A DNA stretch of 64,000 nt from an uncultured Chloroflexia bacterium (GCA_963838285.1 CAWIQP010000006.1:63267-127266); one strand, 5' to 3'; numbered from the stretch's first letter, positions 19,899 to 30,197 are shown. Notes: generated from the sequence alone by a model not told the origin. A program made the numbers and translations.

Positions 19899-20978
19899 TC
19901 ACGTGGCCGATTCGCGCTCGTAGGGCTGTCCGTCGGCGGCCGGGGCGACGCTCCGACCGATCAGGCCCGCCAGGATCACGATCGTGATGATGTAGGGCAG
20001 CGCTTCCCAGAACTCGCCCGGGACGTGCCCCATGAGCTCGCCCAGCTGGCCGGTTGGCGGCGAGATCTGGAGGGAAGTGCTGAGCCCGGTGGCCGACGCG
20101 AAGAGCAGCGCGGCGCCGAAGGCTCCCAGCGGAGTCCAACGTCCGACGATCATCGCCGCGAGGCCGATGAAGCCGCGCCCGGCGGTCATGTTCGCGTTGA
20201 AGTTGTTGGTCTGTTCCATGCTCAGCCAGGCGCCGCCCAGTGCCGCCAGCGCGCCGGACATGACCACGTTTCGATAGCGAAGCCGGATGACGTCGATCCC
20301 GACCGTCTCGGCGGCTCGCGGATGCTCGCCCGCCGCCCGCGTTCGCAGGCCCCAGCGAGATCGGAACAGCATGATCTGCAGGACGATCACGATCACGATC
20401 GTGGTCAGGCCGATGGGTCCCTGCGAAAGAACGGCGTTGATCAGCCAGCCCACGACCGGCAGGTCGGCCACCTGCTGTGGAACCTGGTACGCGGCGAAGC
20501 TGCCCGCGCCGGTCGGAGCCTGGGAAGCGATGAGGGTGTACATGTAGCCGGTGATCCCGGCCGCGCCGATGTTGATGATCGTGCCACTGATGATCTGGTC
20601 CACGCGCAGCGAGATGGCAAGCCAGGCGTGCAGCAGGGCGACCAGCATCCCGACCGCGATGGCCGCCGCCAGGCCCAGCAGGAGGGGCAGCGTCACACCG
20701 AAGAGCGGCAGCGGCGTGCCAACGCCGAGGGCCGCGGAGGCGGCGACGCCGACTATCCAGCCGACGAACGCGGCCGTCAGCATGATCCCCTCGATGCCGA
20801 TGTTGACCACTCCAGACCGCTCGCACAGGACCCCGCACAGGGCCGCCAGGGTGATCGGAACCGCGACCGCGACCGTCGTCTGGGACATATAGCCCAGGTT
20901 GGTGAGCGTGTAGCCGAGGAACTGGAAGACGATGCCCAGGACGGGGATGGCGTCGAGGGCCTGCGGGATGCCGTTCAT
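19899..20978 (-). CDS. ABC transporter permease (BMP/nucleoside-type, NupQ/YufQ-like)
   Basis: Polytopic membrane protein with ...ALCGVLCERSGVVNIGIEGIML.... Overlaps the upstream permease by 4 nt. Confidence 0.85.
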   Translation of the reverse strand: MNGIPQALDAIPVLGIVFQFLGYTLTNLGYMSQTTVAVAVPITLAALCGVLCERSGVVNIGIEGIMLTAAFVGWIVGVAASAALGVGTPLPLFGVTLPLLLGLAAAIAVGMLVALLHAWLAISLRVDQIISGTIINIGAAGITGYMYTLIASQAPTGAGSFAAYQVPQQVADLPVVGWLINAVLSQGPIGLTTIVIVIVLQIMLFRSRWGLRTRAAGEHPRAAETVGIDVIRLRYRNVVMSGALAALGGAWLSMEQTNNFNANMTAGRGFIGLAAMIVGRWTPLGAFGAALLFASATGLSTSLQISPPTGQLGELMGHVPGEFWEALPYIITIVILAGLIGRSVAPAADGQPYERESAT

Positions 20979-22192
20979 GCGACGCCCTCCGAGGTCAGCG
21001 CGGTGCCGGCTTCGACCGACGGCGAGGAGTCGCCTTTCGCCGCTCTTCGACCCAGCCAGCGCCTCAGCACGTTCACCACGAGGAAGACGAGGATGATGGC
21101 CTGGAGCGCGTCCACCAGTTCTGCGGGAACGCCAGCCTGGACCTGCATGGTCTGGGAGCCGGCCCGCATCGCCCCCAGCAGGAGGCCCGCGAAGAGAACG
21201 CCCACGGGGTTGGAGCGGCCGAGCAGCGCGACGGTGATCGCGTCGAAACCGACGGTCGTGTCGTAGCCGGGCTCGATCTGGTGGACGACGCCCAGGAGAG
21301 TCGTCGCGCCGGCCAGACCGGCCATGAGGCCGGCGATCGACATCGTCAGGACGATCAGGCGGTTGGTCTTCATGCCGCCGTAGCGGGCCGCGTCCTGGTT
21401 GGCGCCGGCCGCTCGGATCTCGAACCCGAGCGTCGTCCGGTAGAGCAGGAACCAGACGATCGGCACGGCAAGCAACGCGATCAGGATGCCGAGATGGCCG
21501 CCCCTGCCGAAGTTGATGAGCCCATCGGGGCCGAAGATGATCGGCAGCGCCGCGTTCCGAGTGGTCACGTCGGCGGTGATCGGTTGATGGGCGTTGGGCA
21601 GGACCAGTGGACCGCTGATGGCCCAGTAGGTCACGAACACGAAGACGTAGTTGAGCATGATCGTGGTCACGACCTCGTGGGCCCCGGACGTGGCCTTGAG
21701 CCAGCCCGGGATGAACCCCGCAAAAGCCCCGAACGCCGCGCCGGCCAGCAAGGCCAGCGGAACGGTGATGTAGGAACTCTGGGAAGGGCCGACCACGGTC
21801 GCCACGGCCATCGCCCCGACCGTGCCGAACAGGAACTGGCCGCGTCCGCCGATGTTGAACAACCCGGCCTTGAAGCCCAGTGCCACGCCCAGGCCCGCGA
21901 GGATCAGCGGCGTGGCGTAGACGAGAGTGGACGTGATGCCGTTGGGGGTGGCAACTCCACCCAGCAGGGCGCTGTAGGCGACGATCGGCAGGCCGACGTC
22001 GAAGTTCGAATGGCCGGCCAGGAGCCCGCTGAACATGGTGATGCCCGCAGCTCCGACGAGCAGGGCGAGCAGGATGGCAACGGCCGGCTCCGCGATCGGC
22101 TGAGCCACCGCGACGATGACGCGGACGATGGCCTTCCGAGCACGGGCGACCGCGCCCATGGCTGGCGTGACAGACGCCCCGGAACCGCTCAC
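20975..22192 (-). CDS. ABC transporter permease (BMP/nucleoside-type, NupP/YufP-like)
   Basis: Polytopic membrane protein with ...GLFNIGGRGQF.... 4-nt overlaps with both neighbours. Confidence 0.85.
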   Translation of the reverse strand: MSGSGASVTPAMGAVARARKAIVRVIVAVAQPIAEPAVAILLALLVGAAGITMFSGLLAGHSNFDVGLPIVAYSALLGGVATPNGITSTLVYATPLILAGLGVALGFKAGLFNIGGRGQFLFGTVGAMAVATVVGPSQSSYITVPLALLAGAAFGAFAGFIPGWLKATSGAHEVVTTIMLNYVFVFVTYWAISGPLVLPNAHQPITADVTTRNAALPIIFGPDGLINFGRGGHLGILIALLAVPIVWFLLYRTTLGFEIRAAGANQDAARYGGMKTNRLIVLTMSIAGLMAGLAGATTLLGVVHQIEPGYDTTVGFDAITVALLGRSNPVGVLFAGLLLGAMRAGSQTMQVQAGVPAELVDALQAIILVFLVVNVLRRWLGRRAAKGDSSPSVEAGTALTSEGVA

Positions 22193-23754
22193 GCCAAAGC
22201 CTCCTTCGGGGATGCCGCCGCCTGGCCGCCGGTGGCCATCAGCAGGCCCACGTCACTCTTGTCCGCGGTGCGCCCGTCCAGCTCGGCCACGATCCGGCCC
22301 CGATACATCACGGCGATCCTGTCGGACATCTCCATGACCTCGTCGAGTTCGGCCGAGACGAGCAGCACCGCCGTCCCGGCGTCGCGCTTGGCGATGATCT
22401 GGCGGTGGATGAACTCGATGCTGCCCACGTCAAGGCCCCGAGTGGGCTGGTCGAGGATGAGCAGCTTCAACTCCCGGTCGAACTCCCTGGCCACCACGAC
22501 CTTCTGCTGGTTGCCACCGGACAGCGTCGACGTGGTGGCCCGCGAGGAAGGGGTCCGGATGTCGAAGCGATCCACCTGCGCGGCCGCCGACTCGAGGATG
22601 GCCGAGTCGTTGCGCAGCAGACCGCGCGCAAACGGGGCGCGGTAGTAGCTGGTCAGGACGAGGTTGTCGTAGACGGGGAACGCCAGTATCAGACCGAACC
22701 GATGCCGGTCGCCCGGAACGTAGCCGACTCCGGCCTCGTTCATCCGCCGCGGCGACAGCCCGGTCACGTCCTGCCCCAACAGTGTGACCTTGCCGCCGAG
22801 GCTTCGGCGCAGCCCGATCAGCGCCTGAACCAGCTCGTCCTGGCCGTTGCCGGCGACACCGGCGACTCCCAGGATCTCACCCGCCTTGATCTCGAATGTG
22901 GCGCCGGGGACGACCTCGTGACGGCGATCGTCGGCGACGCGCAACCCTTCGACGCGCAGCACCGGTCCGCCGACGCGCGAGACGCCCCTGTCCACGGTGA
23001 GCTCGACTTCGCGGCCGACCATCAACTCCGCGAGCTCCTCCTCCGTGGTCTCGCCCGGTCGCCGCTCGCCGATCACTCTCCCGCGCCGGATAACGGTGAT
23101 CCTGTCCGCGACTTCGAGGACTTCGTAGAGCTTGTGGCTGATGAAGACGATCGAGCGTCCATCGGCGGCCAGGCGGCGGAGCAGGGCGAAGATCTCCTCG
23201 GTCTCGTTGGGGGTCAGCACGGCCGTCGGCTCGTCGAGGACGAGGATTCGGGCGTCCCGATAGAGCGCCTTGAGTATCTCCACGCGCTGCTGCTGCCCGA
23301 CGGACAGCGAGCCCACCTTCGCGTCGGGATCCAGGTCGAAGCCGAAGCGCGCGGCCAGCGCCCCGATTCGGAGGCTCGCCTCGTGCCGATCCACGAACAC
23401 GCGGTTCGACATCGTCTCGGCGCCGAGGATCACGTTCTCGGCGACGCTCAGTACCGGCACGAGCATGAAGTGCTGGTGGACCATGCTGATGCCCTGGGCT
23501 ATGGCATCGGCAGGCCCGGCGATCTGGATCTGCCGGCCGTCCAGCAGGATCCTGCCCTCGTCCGGGCGAGCCAGCCCGTACAGGACGTTCATGAGCGTGG
23601 TTTTGCCCGCGCCGTTCTCGCCCAGCAGGGCGTGGATCTCGCCCCGGCAGACGTCGAGGTCTATGTGGTCGTTGGCCACCACCCCGGGGTACCGCTTAGT
23701 TATCCCCCGCATCTCGAGAGCCGGCGCGCTCCCGCTCGTGGCGTCTTCCATCAT
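22189..23754 (-). CDS. ABC transporter ATP-binding protein with duplicated ATPase domains (nucleoside/sugar type)
   Basis: GENGAGKTT Walker A, LSVGQQQRVEI signature and ILVLDEPT Walker B. A second domain has LSGGNQQKVV and LLILDQPTRGLD. Start MMEDAT at 23754. Confidence 0.9.
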   Translation of the reverse strand: MMEDATSGSAPALEMRGITKRYPGVVANDHIDLDVCRGEIHALLGENGAGKTTLMNVLYGLARPDEGRILLDGRQIQIAGPADAIAQGISMVHQHFMLVPVLSVAENVILGAETMSNRVFVDRHEASLRIGALAARFGFDLDPDAKVGSLSVGQQQRVEILKALYRDARILVLDEPTAVLTPNETEEIFALLRRLAADGRSIVFISHKLYEVLEVADRITVIRRGRVIGERRPGETTEEELAELMVGREVELTVDRGVSRVGGPVLRVEGLRVADDRRHEVVPGATFEIKAGEILGVAGVAGNGQDELVQALIGLRRSLGGKVTLLGQDVTGLSPRRMNEAGVGYVPGDRHRFGLILAFPVYDNLVLTSYYRAPFARGLLRNDSAILESAAAQVDRFDIRTPSSRATTSTLSGGNQQKVVVAREFDRELKLLILDQPTRGLDVGSIEFIHRQIIAKRDAGTAVLLVSAELDEVMEMSDRIAVMYRGRIVAELDGRTADKSDVGLLMATGGQAAASPKEALA

Positions 23755-23855
23755 CGCTTCCTCGATCGGCGTGAAGCCGGGGCGGATGCAGCGAGCGGGC
23801 CGCGCCGTGAAGGCGCGACCCGCTCGAGAACGTAACAGAAGGCTACCGGGTGTGA

Positions 23856-24977
23856 CTACTGGCCGGTCCAGGTCCCGCACTGGGCGGGGCAGGTCGTGAG
23901 GGTGCCGGCCTTCATGGCCGTCAGAGCCGCATCGAGCTTGCCCTGAAGATCGGACGGATAGGTCACCGAGGTGTTCTCGCTGAGGGGCGCGTAGCCGACG
24001 CCGTTGTTGGCGGCGTTGAACTTCGCGATGCCGCCCTTGGCGGTCCCGCCCGAGATTGACGTGATCGTCTGGTTGACGGCGGCCGAAACGTTCTTCTCGG
24101 CCGACGTGACGATGCACTTGTCGGCGCTCGGATAGGTCAGGTACTCGTCGACGTCCACGCCGATGCCGTAGATGCCGGCGGCGCAGGCGGCGTCGAGGGC
24201 GCCGTTGCCGGTGCTGCCCGCGACCTGGAAGACGACGTCAACGCCCTGCTGGGCGATGAACTGCGTGCTGAAGGTCTTGCCGTAGACCGGGTCGCCGTAC
24301 GCCTTGGTGAGGTCGCCGGTCGAGAACCAGGCCGTCTTGACCTGAATGCTCGACTTGTACGACGCCGCGCCGAGCTGGAAGCCCTGCATGTAACGGACGA
24401 CGGCCGGGTTGTTGTTGATGCCGCCGATCTGGCCGACGACGCCGGTCTTGCTGACCGCCGCCGCGACGATACCGGCGAGGTATCCGGCCTGATCCTCCTC
24501 GAACTGGATCCCGATGAGCTTGGGCAGCAGAGTAGCCGCGTCGCCCTTGCAGGCGAACGTGTCATCCGGGGCGCCGGTCGCGTCCACGCACGGGTCCACG
24601 TCGACGGCGATGAACCAGATGTTCGGGTTGGCCTTGGCGGCGGTGATGGTCGCGTCGCCGAGGTTGAAGCCGACCGTCACGATGATGTTGTAGTTCTGGT
24701 CGACGAAGGTCTGGATGTCCTTCGTGTAGTCCGAGGCGTCGGCCGGAACCACGTAGTTGGCGGTGGCGCCGAGAGCCGCGGCGGCCGCCTTGGCGCCTTC
24801 CCACGAGTACTCGTTGAAGGTGTGGTCCGTTACCGACCCGACGTCGGTGACCACGCCGATCTTCAGGCTCGAACCCGATGCGGCGCTCGGCGCCGAGGTG
24901 GCGCTCGAACTCGAACAGGCCGCCACGAGGGCGGCTGTGGCAAGCAGCGCTAAGGCTGTCCGGAGCTTTCCGGTCAT
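23856..24977 (-). CDS. BMP-family (PnrA/Med-like) nucleoside-binding lipoprotein
   Basis: Lipobox LVAAC, then KIGVVTDVGSVTDHTFNE...GYLAG...VVGQIGG...GIYGIGVDVD. Confidence 0.9.
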   Translation of the reverse strand: MTGKLRTALALLATAALVAACSSSSATSAPSAASGSSLKIGVVTDVGSVTDHTFNEYSWEGAKAAAAALGATANYVVPADASDYTKDIQTFVDQNYNIIVTVGFNLGDATITAAKANPNIWFIAVDVDPCVDATGAPDDTFACKGDAATLLPKLIGIQFEEDQAGYLAGIVAAAVSKTGVVGQIGGINNNPAVVRYMQGFQLGAASYKSSIQVKTAWFSTGDLTKAYGDPVYGKTFSTQFIAQQGVDVVFQVAGSTGNGALDAACAAGIYGIGVDVDEYLTYPSADKCIVTSAEKNVSAAVNQTITSISGGTAKGGIAKFNAANNGVGYAPLSENTSVTYPSDLQGKLDAALTAMKAGTLTTCPAQCGTWTGQ

Positions 24978-25035
24978 ATGGCTCTCCCTGTCATCACGCG
25001 GGCCGAGGTCCTTGGGCGAACCTCCCTATGCAGGG

Positions 25036-25063
25036 AGTATAAGCCGCATCCGCCCATTCGCCA
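25036..25063 (-). promoter_or_regulatory. possible promoter of the nucleoside transporter operon (TGGCGA-16-TATACT)
   Basis: On the minus strand, TATACT lies at 25036-25041 and TGGCGA at 25058-25063, about 60 nt upstream of the BMP lipoprotein ATG. Confidence 0.3.
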
Positions 25064-25127
25064 TCCGGCCGACCGCCGAGACATACGGCGTCCCCTGGAC
25101 CCGGCCTTGACGCCGAGAAGACCGCCT

Positions 25128-26054
25128 TCAGCCGGGCCTGTAGAGCTCGCGGCGATCGAGACCCGTGGCCGCCGCGACCCGCCGGACGGCGTCGGAGCGG
25201 CGCGCTCCACCCTCTATCAGGCGCGCTACCTCGGCCCGGCCGTCGGCCATCGAGGCCTGCTCCTCGCCGGCCGGTCGCTTCCCGGAGTGGCCGGCCGTGA
25301 CCGCCTCGACGACGATCGCGAACTCGCCGCGGAGCGTGATCTCGCCGCCCGCCGCCCTCGCCGCCAGCTCCGCCAGCGGACCGCGCACGACCTCCTCGTG
25401 GATCTTGGTCAGCTCGCGGCAAACGGCCGCCCGCCGCTCCCCGCCGGCGGCGGCCGCGAGGTCGGCGAGTGTCGCCGGAACGCGGGAAGGGGCCTCGTAT
25501 ACGACGCAGGCCCGCTCGTCCGCCGCGATCCGGGCAAGGCGATCGCGCCGCTCCCTGCCGCTCCGGGGCAGGAACCCTTCGAAGCTCCAGCGGGCCGCGG
25601 CGAGGCCGCTGGCTACGAGCGCGGCCAGCACCGCCGAGGCTCCGGGAATCGGTACGACGACGCCGCCATCCGCCGCCCACGCCGCCGCCAGCTCGCCGCC
25701 CGGATCGCTGACGAGCGGCGTGCCGGCGTCGGTCACCAGGGCCAGGTCGCGCCCGGCGCGCAGGTGCTCGATCAACTCCAGCTCGCGACCCCGGCCGCTC
25801 CGCGCGTGGTAGCTCACCAGGGAGGTCGCGATCTCGTACCGCGCGAACAGGCGTCTCGTCAGCCGGGTATCCTCGGCCGCGACCAGCGGAACGCTCTTGA
25901 GCACTTCGATCGCCCGGAAGGAGACGTCGCCGAGGTTGCCTATCGGCGTGGCCACGACGAACAACCGGCCTCGCTCGCCGCCGACCGCGCGCTCCCCGGG
26001 GCCGCCGACCGCGCGCTCCCCGGGGCCGCCGCCGGATCCGGCCGCGCGGCTCAC
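25128..26054 (-). CDS. rsmI: 16S rRNA (cytidine1402-2'-O)-methyltransferase
   Basis: LFVVATPIGNLGD.S.RA...L..V..VAAEDTR...TDAGTP..SDPG...PGASA...FEGFLP...YE.P.R. GTG at 26054 overlaps the nadE stop (GTGA). Confidence 0.85.
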   Translation of the reverse strand: MSRAAGSGGGPGERAVGGPGERAVGGERGRLFVVATPIGNLGDVSFRAIEVLKSVPLVAAEDTRLTRRLFARYEIATSLVSYHARSGRGRELELIEHLRAGRDLALVTDAGTPLVSDPGGELAAAWAADGGVVVPIPGASAVLAALVASGLAAARWSFEGFLPRSGRERRDRLARIAADERACVVYEAPSRVPATLADLAAAAGGERRAAVCRELTKIHEEVVRGPLAELAARAAGGEITLRGEFAIVVEAVTAGHSGKRPAGEEQASMADGRAEVARLIEGGARRSDAVRRVAAATGLDRRELYRPG

Positions 26055-26980
26055 GGCCGGGCCGAACCGGGCCGCCGTCGCGGATAGAGGTAGTCCACGC
26101 CCGTGGTGCGCGGCCCAAGCTTGGCCACCGGCGGAACCTGCCGCTTGAACTCCGAGACGGCGACCATCCGCTTCACCCGTTCCATCTCCGGCCCGGGAAA
26201 GCCCATCGCCAGCAGCTCTTCGTCGGTGCGCCGCTTGTCGATCATCCAGAAGAGCAGCCGGTCGAGCTCGGGGTACGTGAACCCGGCCTCGACCTCGTCG
26301 GTCTGGCCGGGCCACAGGTCGGCCGAGGGCGCCTTGCGGATGATCTCCTCGGGCACCCCGATCGCCGCCGCAACCTGCCGCACCTGGCTCTTGTACAGGT
26401 CGCCGATCGGATTGAAGGCGCAGGCCGAGTCGCCGAACAGCGTCGAGTACCCGATCAGCGCCTCGGTCTTGTTGCCGGTTCCGACGACCAGGCCGCCCCA
26501 CGTCACCGAGCGGTCGTACAGGACGCACATCCGGGCTCTGGCCATGAAGTTGCCGCGCCGCAGCGAAGCCGCATCGCGCGCCAGCTCGCCCCCGGCGCCC
26601 GCCTCACCGTCGCGCCCGAAGTAGCCGTCGACGATCGCGCTGATGTCGACCAGATCGCAGGCACAGCCGAGCCGATCGACTACCAGCCGGGCGTGGTCGA
26701 CCGACTCGGGCGAGGAGGTTCGGTACGGCATCAGCACGCACAGGAGGCTCTCCGGACCGACGGCCTCGGCGACCAGGAACGCGACGAGCGCCGAATCGAT
26801 CCCGCCCGACAAACCAAGCACGCCCCGGCTGAAGCCGGCCTGGCGAAGCTGGTTGCGTATGAAGCCGACCATGACCCGCCGGGCGACGTCGGTGTCGATC
26901 GCCAGCTCGGGCGGCAGCTCGAAGAGCGGGTCTCCTCGATCGTCCCCGTCGCCGGGCCCTGGAGCCGCGCCCGAGGCCAT
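26051..26980 (-). CDS. nadE: NAD+ synthetase, synthetase (ATP-pyrophosphatase) domain only
   Basis: GLSGGIDSALV PP-loop, GNFMARARM, VVGTGNK.E...GY.T.FGD, IGDLYKSQV. Confidence 0.85.
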   Translation of the reverse strand: MASGAAPGPGDGDDRGDPLFELPPELAIDTDVARRVMVGFIRNQLRQAGFSRGVLGLSGGIDSALVAFLVAEAVGPESLLCVLMPYRTSSPESVDHARLVVDRLGCACDLVDISAIVDGYFGRDGEAGAGGELARDAASLRRGNFMARARMCVLYDRSVTWGGLVVGTGNKTEALIGYSTLFGDSACAFNPIGDLYKSQVRQVAAAIGVPEEIIRKAPSADLWPGQTDEVEAGFTYPELDRLLFWMIDKRRTDEELLAMGFPGPEMERVKRMVAVSEFKRQVPPVAKLGPRTTGVDYLYPRRRPGSARP

Positions 26981-27933
26981 CAGGCCGGCTCGGACCCGCC
27001 GGCAGCCGCGCCGGTCCCGGGCGGTTGCTCGGTCGGCCCTTCGGGCGGCTCGCTCGCCTGGTCGATCGCCATCTCGGTCCGCTCGGCGAGGATCCGGCGA
27101 AGCTCGCGCAGATGAAGCTCGGGTCTTTCGTCTCGCAGCAGCGGCAGGCCGATGCGCTCCCGCCGCACGTCGCCGAGCTCTAGGTCCACGAAGTACAGAC
27201 CCTCGTCGAAGAGCGGCGCCGTGAAGAGCGGCTCGCCGCTCGGAGCGATCACCTCGGACCCGCCCCAGAAGCTGATCGTCTCGTCGGTTCCGACGCGGTT
27301 GCAGAAGACCGCGAAGCTGGTGGTGAGCTGCGCGTACGTCCGCATCAGGGTCCGCCACGAAGCGGCCGTGCCCAGCCCCACTTCGTGAATCGCGGCCAGG
27401 TCGCGGCCCGGCGACGACGACACGTTGACGAGGATCTGGGCGCCGTCCAGGGCCAGCGTCTCGGGCACGGCCAGATGCCAGAAGTCCTCGCACACGCCGA
27501 TCCCGAGCCGGACGCCCAGGCGCGAGTCGACCGTTCGCAGCCGCTCGCCCGCCGCGAAGAACCGCCGCTCGTCGAAGAGCCCGTAGGTGGGCAGGAAGAG
27601 CTTGCGGTGGACGAAGCGCACGGCGCCGTCCTCGAGAAGAGCCGCGCTGATGAACAGCCTGTGATCGGCCGCCTCCTCGACGAACGAGACGATCGCCGAC
27701 ATCTCGCCGGCGTCCGCGGCCAGGCTCGCCAGCCTCGGATCGTCCGCCCGCATCGCCACCTCGGCGGCGAGATCCTGCAGCTGATAGCCGGTGAGGCCGA
27801 GTTCCGGGAACACGGCGAGGGCGGCGCCTCCAGCCCGAGCCTCGGCCAGAAGCTCGCGGTGCCGCGCCAGGTTGTCGTCGAGCAGCCCGAGGCGCGGGGC
27901 CAGCTGGGCCAGGGCGATCCGGAGCGGCTTCAT
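26980..27933 (-). CDS. carbon-nitrogen hydrolase (nitrilase superfamily), likely glutaminase partner of NadE
   Basis: IALAQL...FPELGLTGY...HRKLFLPTYG.FDE...GVCEDFWH (the Glu-Lys-Cys triad context). Its TGA shares one nucleotide with the nadE ATG (TGATG). Confidence 0.8.
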   Translation of the reverse strand: MKPLRIALAQLAPRLGLLDDNLARHRELLAEARAGGAALAVFPELGLTGYQLQDLAAEVAMRADDPRLASLAADAGEMSAIVSFVEEAADHRLFISAALLEDGAVRFVHRKLFLPTYGLFDERRFFAAGERLRTVDSRLGVRLGIGVCEDFWHLAVPETLALDGAQILVNVSSSPGRDLAAIHEVGLGTAASWRTLMRTYAQLTTSFAVFCNRVGTDETISFWGGSEVIAPSGEPLFTAPLFDEGLYFVDLELGDVRRERIGLPLLRDERPELHLRELRRILAERTEMAIDQASEPPEGPTEQPPGTGAAAGGSEPA

Positions 27934-27937
27934 GTCG

Positions 27938-29116
27938 CTAGCCCCGGTCCGGCCGCCGCGACCCCGCCGGTTGGGGCACCGTCGGCGCGGTCGCGGACGA
28001 AGATCCGCCCGTGCCTTCGCCGGTGACCTGGAGGCCCTGCTCCGGCGAGCCGTCCACCTCCTCCGCGAAGTGGCAGGCCACGGCGTGACCGCTCGCCAGT
28101 TCGCGCAGCACGGGCGCCTCGGCCACGCACCGTTCCGGGTTGCCCAGCCGCGCTCGCAGCCAGCAGCGAGTGTGGAAGTGGCATCCGGGCGGAGGATCCG
28201 AGGGGCTCGGAACGTCGCCAGTCAGGATGATCCGCCGACGCTTCCGCTCGATCACCGGGTCCGGAATCGGCACGGCCGAGAGCAGGGCCACGGTGTAGGG
28301 ATGGATCGGGCGGTCGTACAGCTCGCGCGAGGTCGCCGTCTCGACCAGACGGCCCAGGTACATCACCGCGATCCGGTCGCTGATGTGGCGGACCACCGAA
28401 AGGTCGTGGGCTATGAACAGGTAGGTAAGTCCGAACTCGCCCTGGAGTCGCTCCAGGAGGTTGATGATCTGGGCCTGGATCGAGACGTCCAGGGCGCTGA
28501 TCGGCTCGTCGGCGACGATCAGATCCGGGTGGAGGGCCAGCGCCCGAGCGACGCCGATGCGCTGGCGCTGGCCGCCGCTGAACTCGTGCGGGTAGCGATC
28601 GCCGTAGTCGGGATCGAGACCCACGGTAGCCAGCAGGTCGCGGACGCGCTCCCGGCGCTCCGACGCGGCCCCGACACCGTGGATTTCCAACGGCTCCGAC
28701 ACGATTCCCGCCGCGGTCATGCGGGGGTTCAGGCTCGCGTACGGATCCTGGAAGATCATCTGCATCCGCCGCCGGACTCCGCGCAGCGTCGAACCTTCGG
28801 CCCAGGTTATGTCCTGGCCTTCGAAGACGATCCGGCCGGACGTCGGCCGGTACAGGCGCAGGATCGTACGGCCGACCGTGCTCTTGCCGCAGCCCGATTC
28901 CCCGACCAGGCCGACGGTCTCGCCCTTCTGGATCGCCAGCGTGACGCCGTCGACCGCGCGAACGTCGCCGACGTGGCGGCTGATGAGGATGCCGCTGTTG
29001 ATCGGGAAGTACATCCGGAGGTCGGTGATCTCGAGCAGCGGCCCGCCCGGCTCGGTGCCGGTCGAGGCGACGCCGGCGGACGCCGCGGTCTCGGGCTGGC
29101 CGGTCACGCCGCTCAC
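27938..29116 (-). CDS. peptide ABC transporter ATP-binding protein (OppF/DppF-like), operon 1
   Basis: [40 protein letters not shown], and the C-terminal oligopeptide-type tail HPYT...CHFHTRC. GTG at 29116 overlaps the upstream stop (GTGA). Confidence 0.85.
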   Translation of the reverse strand: MSGVTGQPETAASAGVASTGTEPGGPLLEITDLRMYFPINSGILISRHVGDVRAVDGVTLAIQKGETVGLVGESGCGKSTVGRTILRLYRPTSGRIVFEGQDITWAEGSTLRGVRRRMQMIFQDPYASLNPRMTAAGIVSEPLEIHGVGAASERRERVRDLLATVGLDPDYGDRYPHEFSGGQRQRIGVARALALHPDLIVADEPISALDVSIQAQIINLLERLQGEFGLTYLFIAHDLSVVRHISDRIAVMYLGRLVETATSRELYDRPIHPYTVALLSAVPIPDPVIERKRRRIILTGDVPSPSDPPPGCHFHTRCWLRARLGNPERCVAEAPVLRELASGHAVACHFAEEVDGSPEQGLQVTGEGTGGSSSATAPTVPQPAGSRRPDRG

Positions 29117-30189
29117 GCCACTGCCCCTGTCGGCGCGGCGGCCGGCGCAAAGCCCTCGCGGAGAGGCCGGGCGGCGGTCGCCTCGTCGGGCGTGGCCGGA
29201 TTCCAGCATGCGATCCGATGCGTCGCGTTCGGCCCGGTGGTGACGATTTCGGCGATCTGATCGATCGGTTCGAGGGACGGCATGGCGGTCCAGCAGCTCT
29301 CCACGCGCCAGGCGCAGCGCGGCGCGAACGGGCACCCGACGGGGGCGCGGCGCAGGTCGGGCGGAACGCCCTCGATCGGGATGAGAGGCTCGCCCGGCTG
29401 AGCGTCCAACCGCGGCATCGAGTGCAGCAGGCCGACGGTATAGGGGTGGCGCGGACGGGCGAAGAGATCGGGGGTCGTAGCGCTCTCGACCACGAAGCCG
29501 GCGTACATCACGTTGAGCCGGTTGGTCATGCCCGCAACGACTCCAAGGTCGTGGGTGATCAGGATCACGGCGGTGCCGAGGTCCGCCGCCAGGCGCTGGA
29601 GCAGGTCCAGGACCTGGGCCTGGATCGTCACGTCGAGGGCGGTCGTCGGCTCGTCGGCGATCAACAGCTTGGGCTCGAGCGCCAGAGCGATCGCGATCAT
29701 GACTCGCTGCCGCATGCCGCCGCTGAACTGATGCGGGTAGTTGCGAAGCCTCGTCTCCGGCTGCGGGATGCCGACCATCGTCAGCAGCTCGATGCTGCGG
29801 GCCCGCGCCTGCGACTTGGAAACGCGGCGGTGGGCGCGGATCGTCTCGACCAGCTGCTCCTCGATGGTGAGAACCGGATTCAGGCTCGTCATCGGGTCCT
29901 GGAAGATCATGGCGATCTCCTTGCCCCGCAGGTCGCGCATCTCGGACTCGTCGAGCCGGAGAAGATCCTGGCCCTGGAAGACGACCTCTCCGCCTTCTAT
30001 GTGCCCGGCGGGCTTGGGCAGGAGCCGCATGACCGCCAGGTTCGTGACCGACTTGCCGCAGCCCGACTCGCCGACAAGGCCGAGCGTCTCGCCCTCGTCC
30101 AGGTCGAAGGAGACGCCGTTGACGGCGTGGACTGTCCCGTCGTGGGTCCTGAACTTGACCACGAGGTCGCGGATGGACAGCAGGTTCAT
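29113..30189 (-). CDS. peptide ABC transporter ATP-binding protein (OppD/DppD-like), operon 1
   Basis: [50 protein letters not shown]. Confidence 0.9.
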   Translation of the reverse strand: MNLLSIRDLVVKFRTHDGTVHAVNGVSFDLDEGETLGLVGESGCGKSVTNLAVMRLLPKPAGHIEGGEVVFQGQDLLRLDESEMRDLRGKEIAMIFQDPMTSLNPVLTIEEQLVETIRAHRRVSKSQARARSIELLTMVGIPQPETRLRNYPHQFSGGMRQRVMIAIALALEPKLLIADEPTTALDVTIQAQVLDLLQRLAADLGTAVILITHDLGVVAGMTNRLNVMYAGFVVESATTPDLFARPRHPYTVGLLHSMPRLDAQPGEPLIPIEGVPPDLRRAPVGCPFAPRCAWRVESCWTAMPSLEPIDQIAEIVTTGPNATHRIACWNPATPDEATAARPLREGFAPAAAPTGAVA

Positions 30190-30197
30190 GCCCGTCC

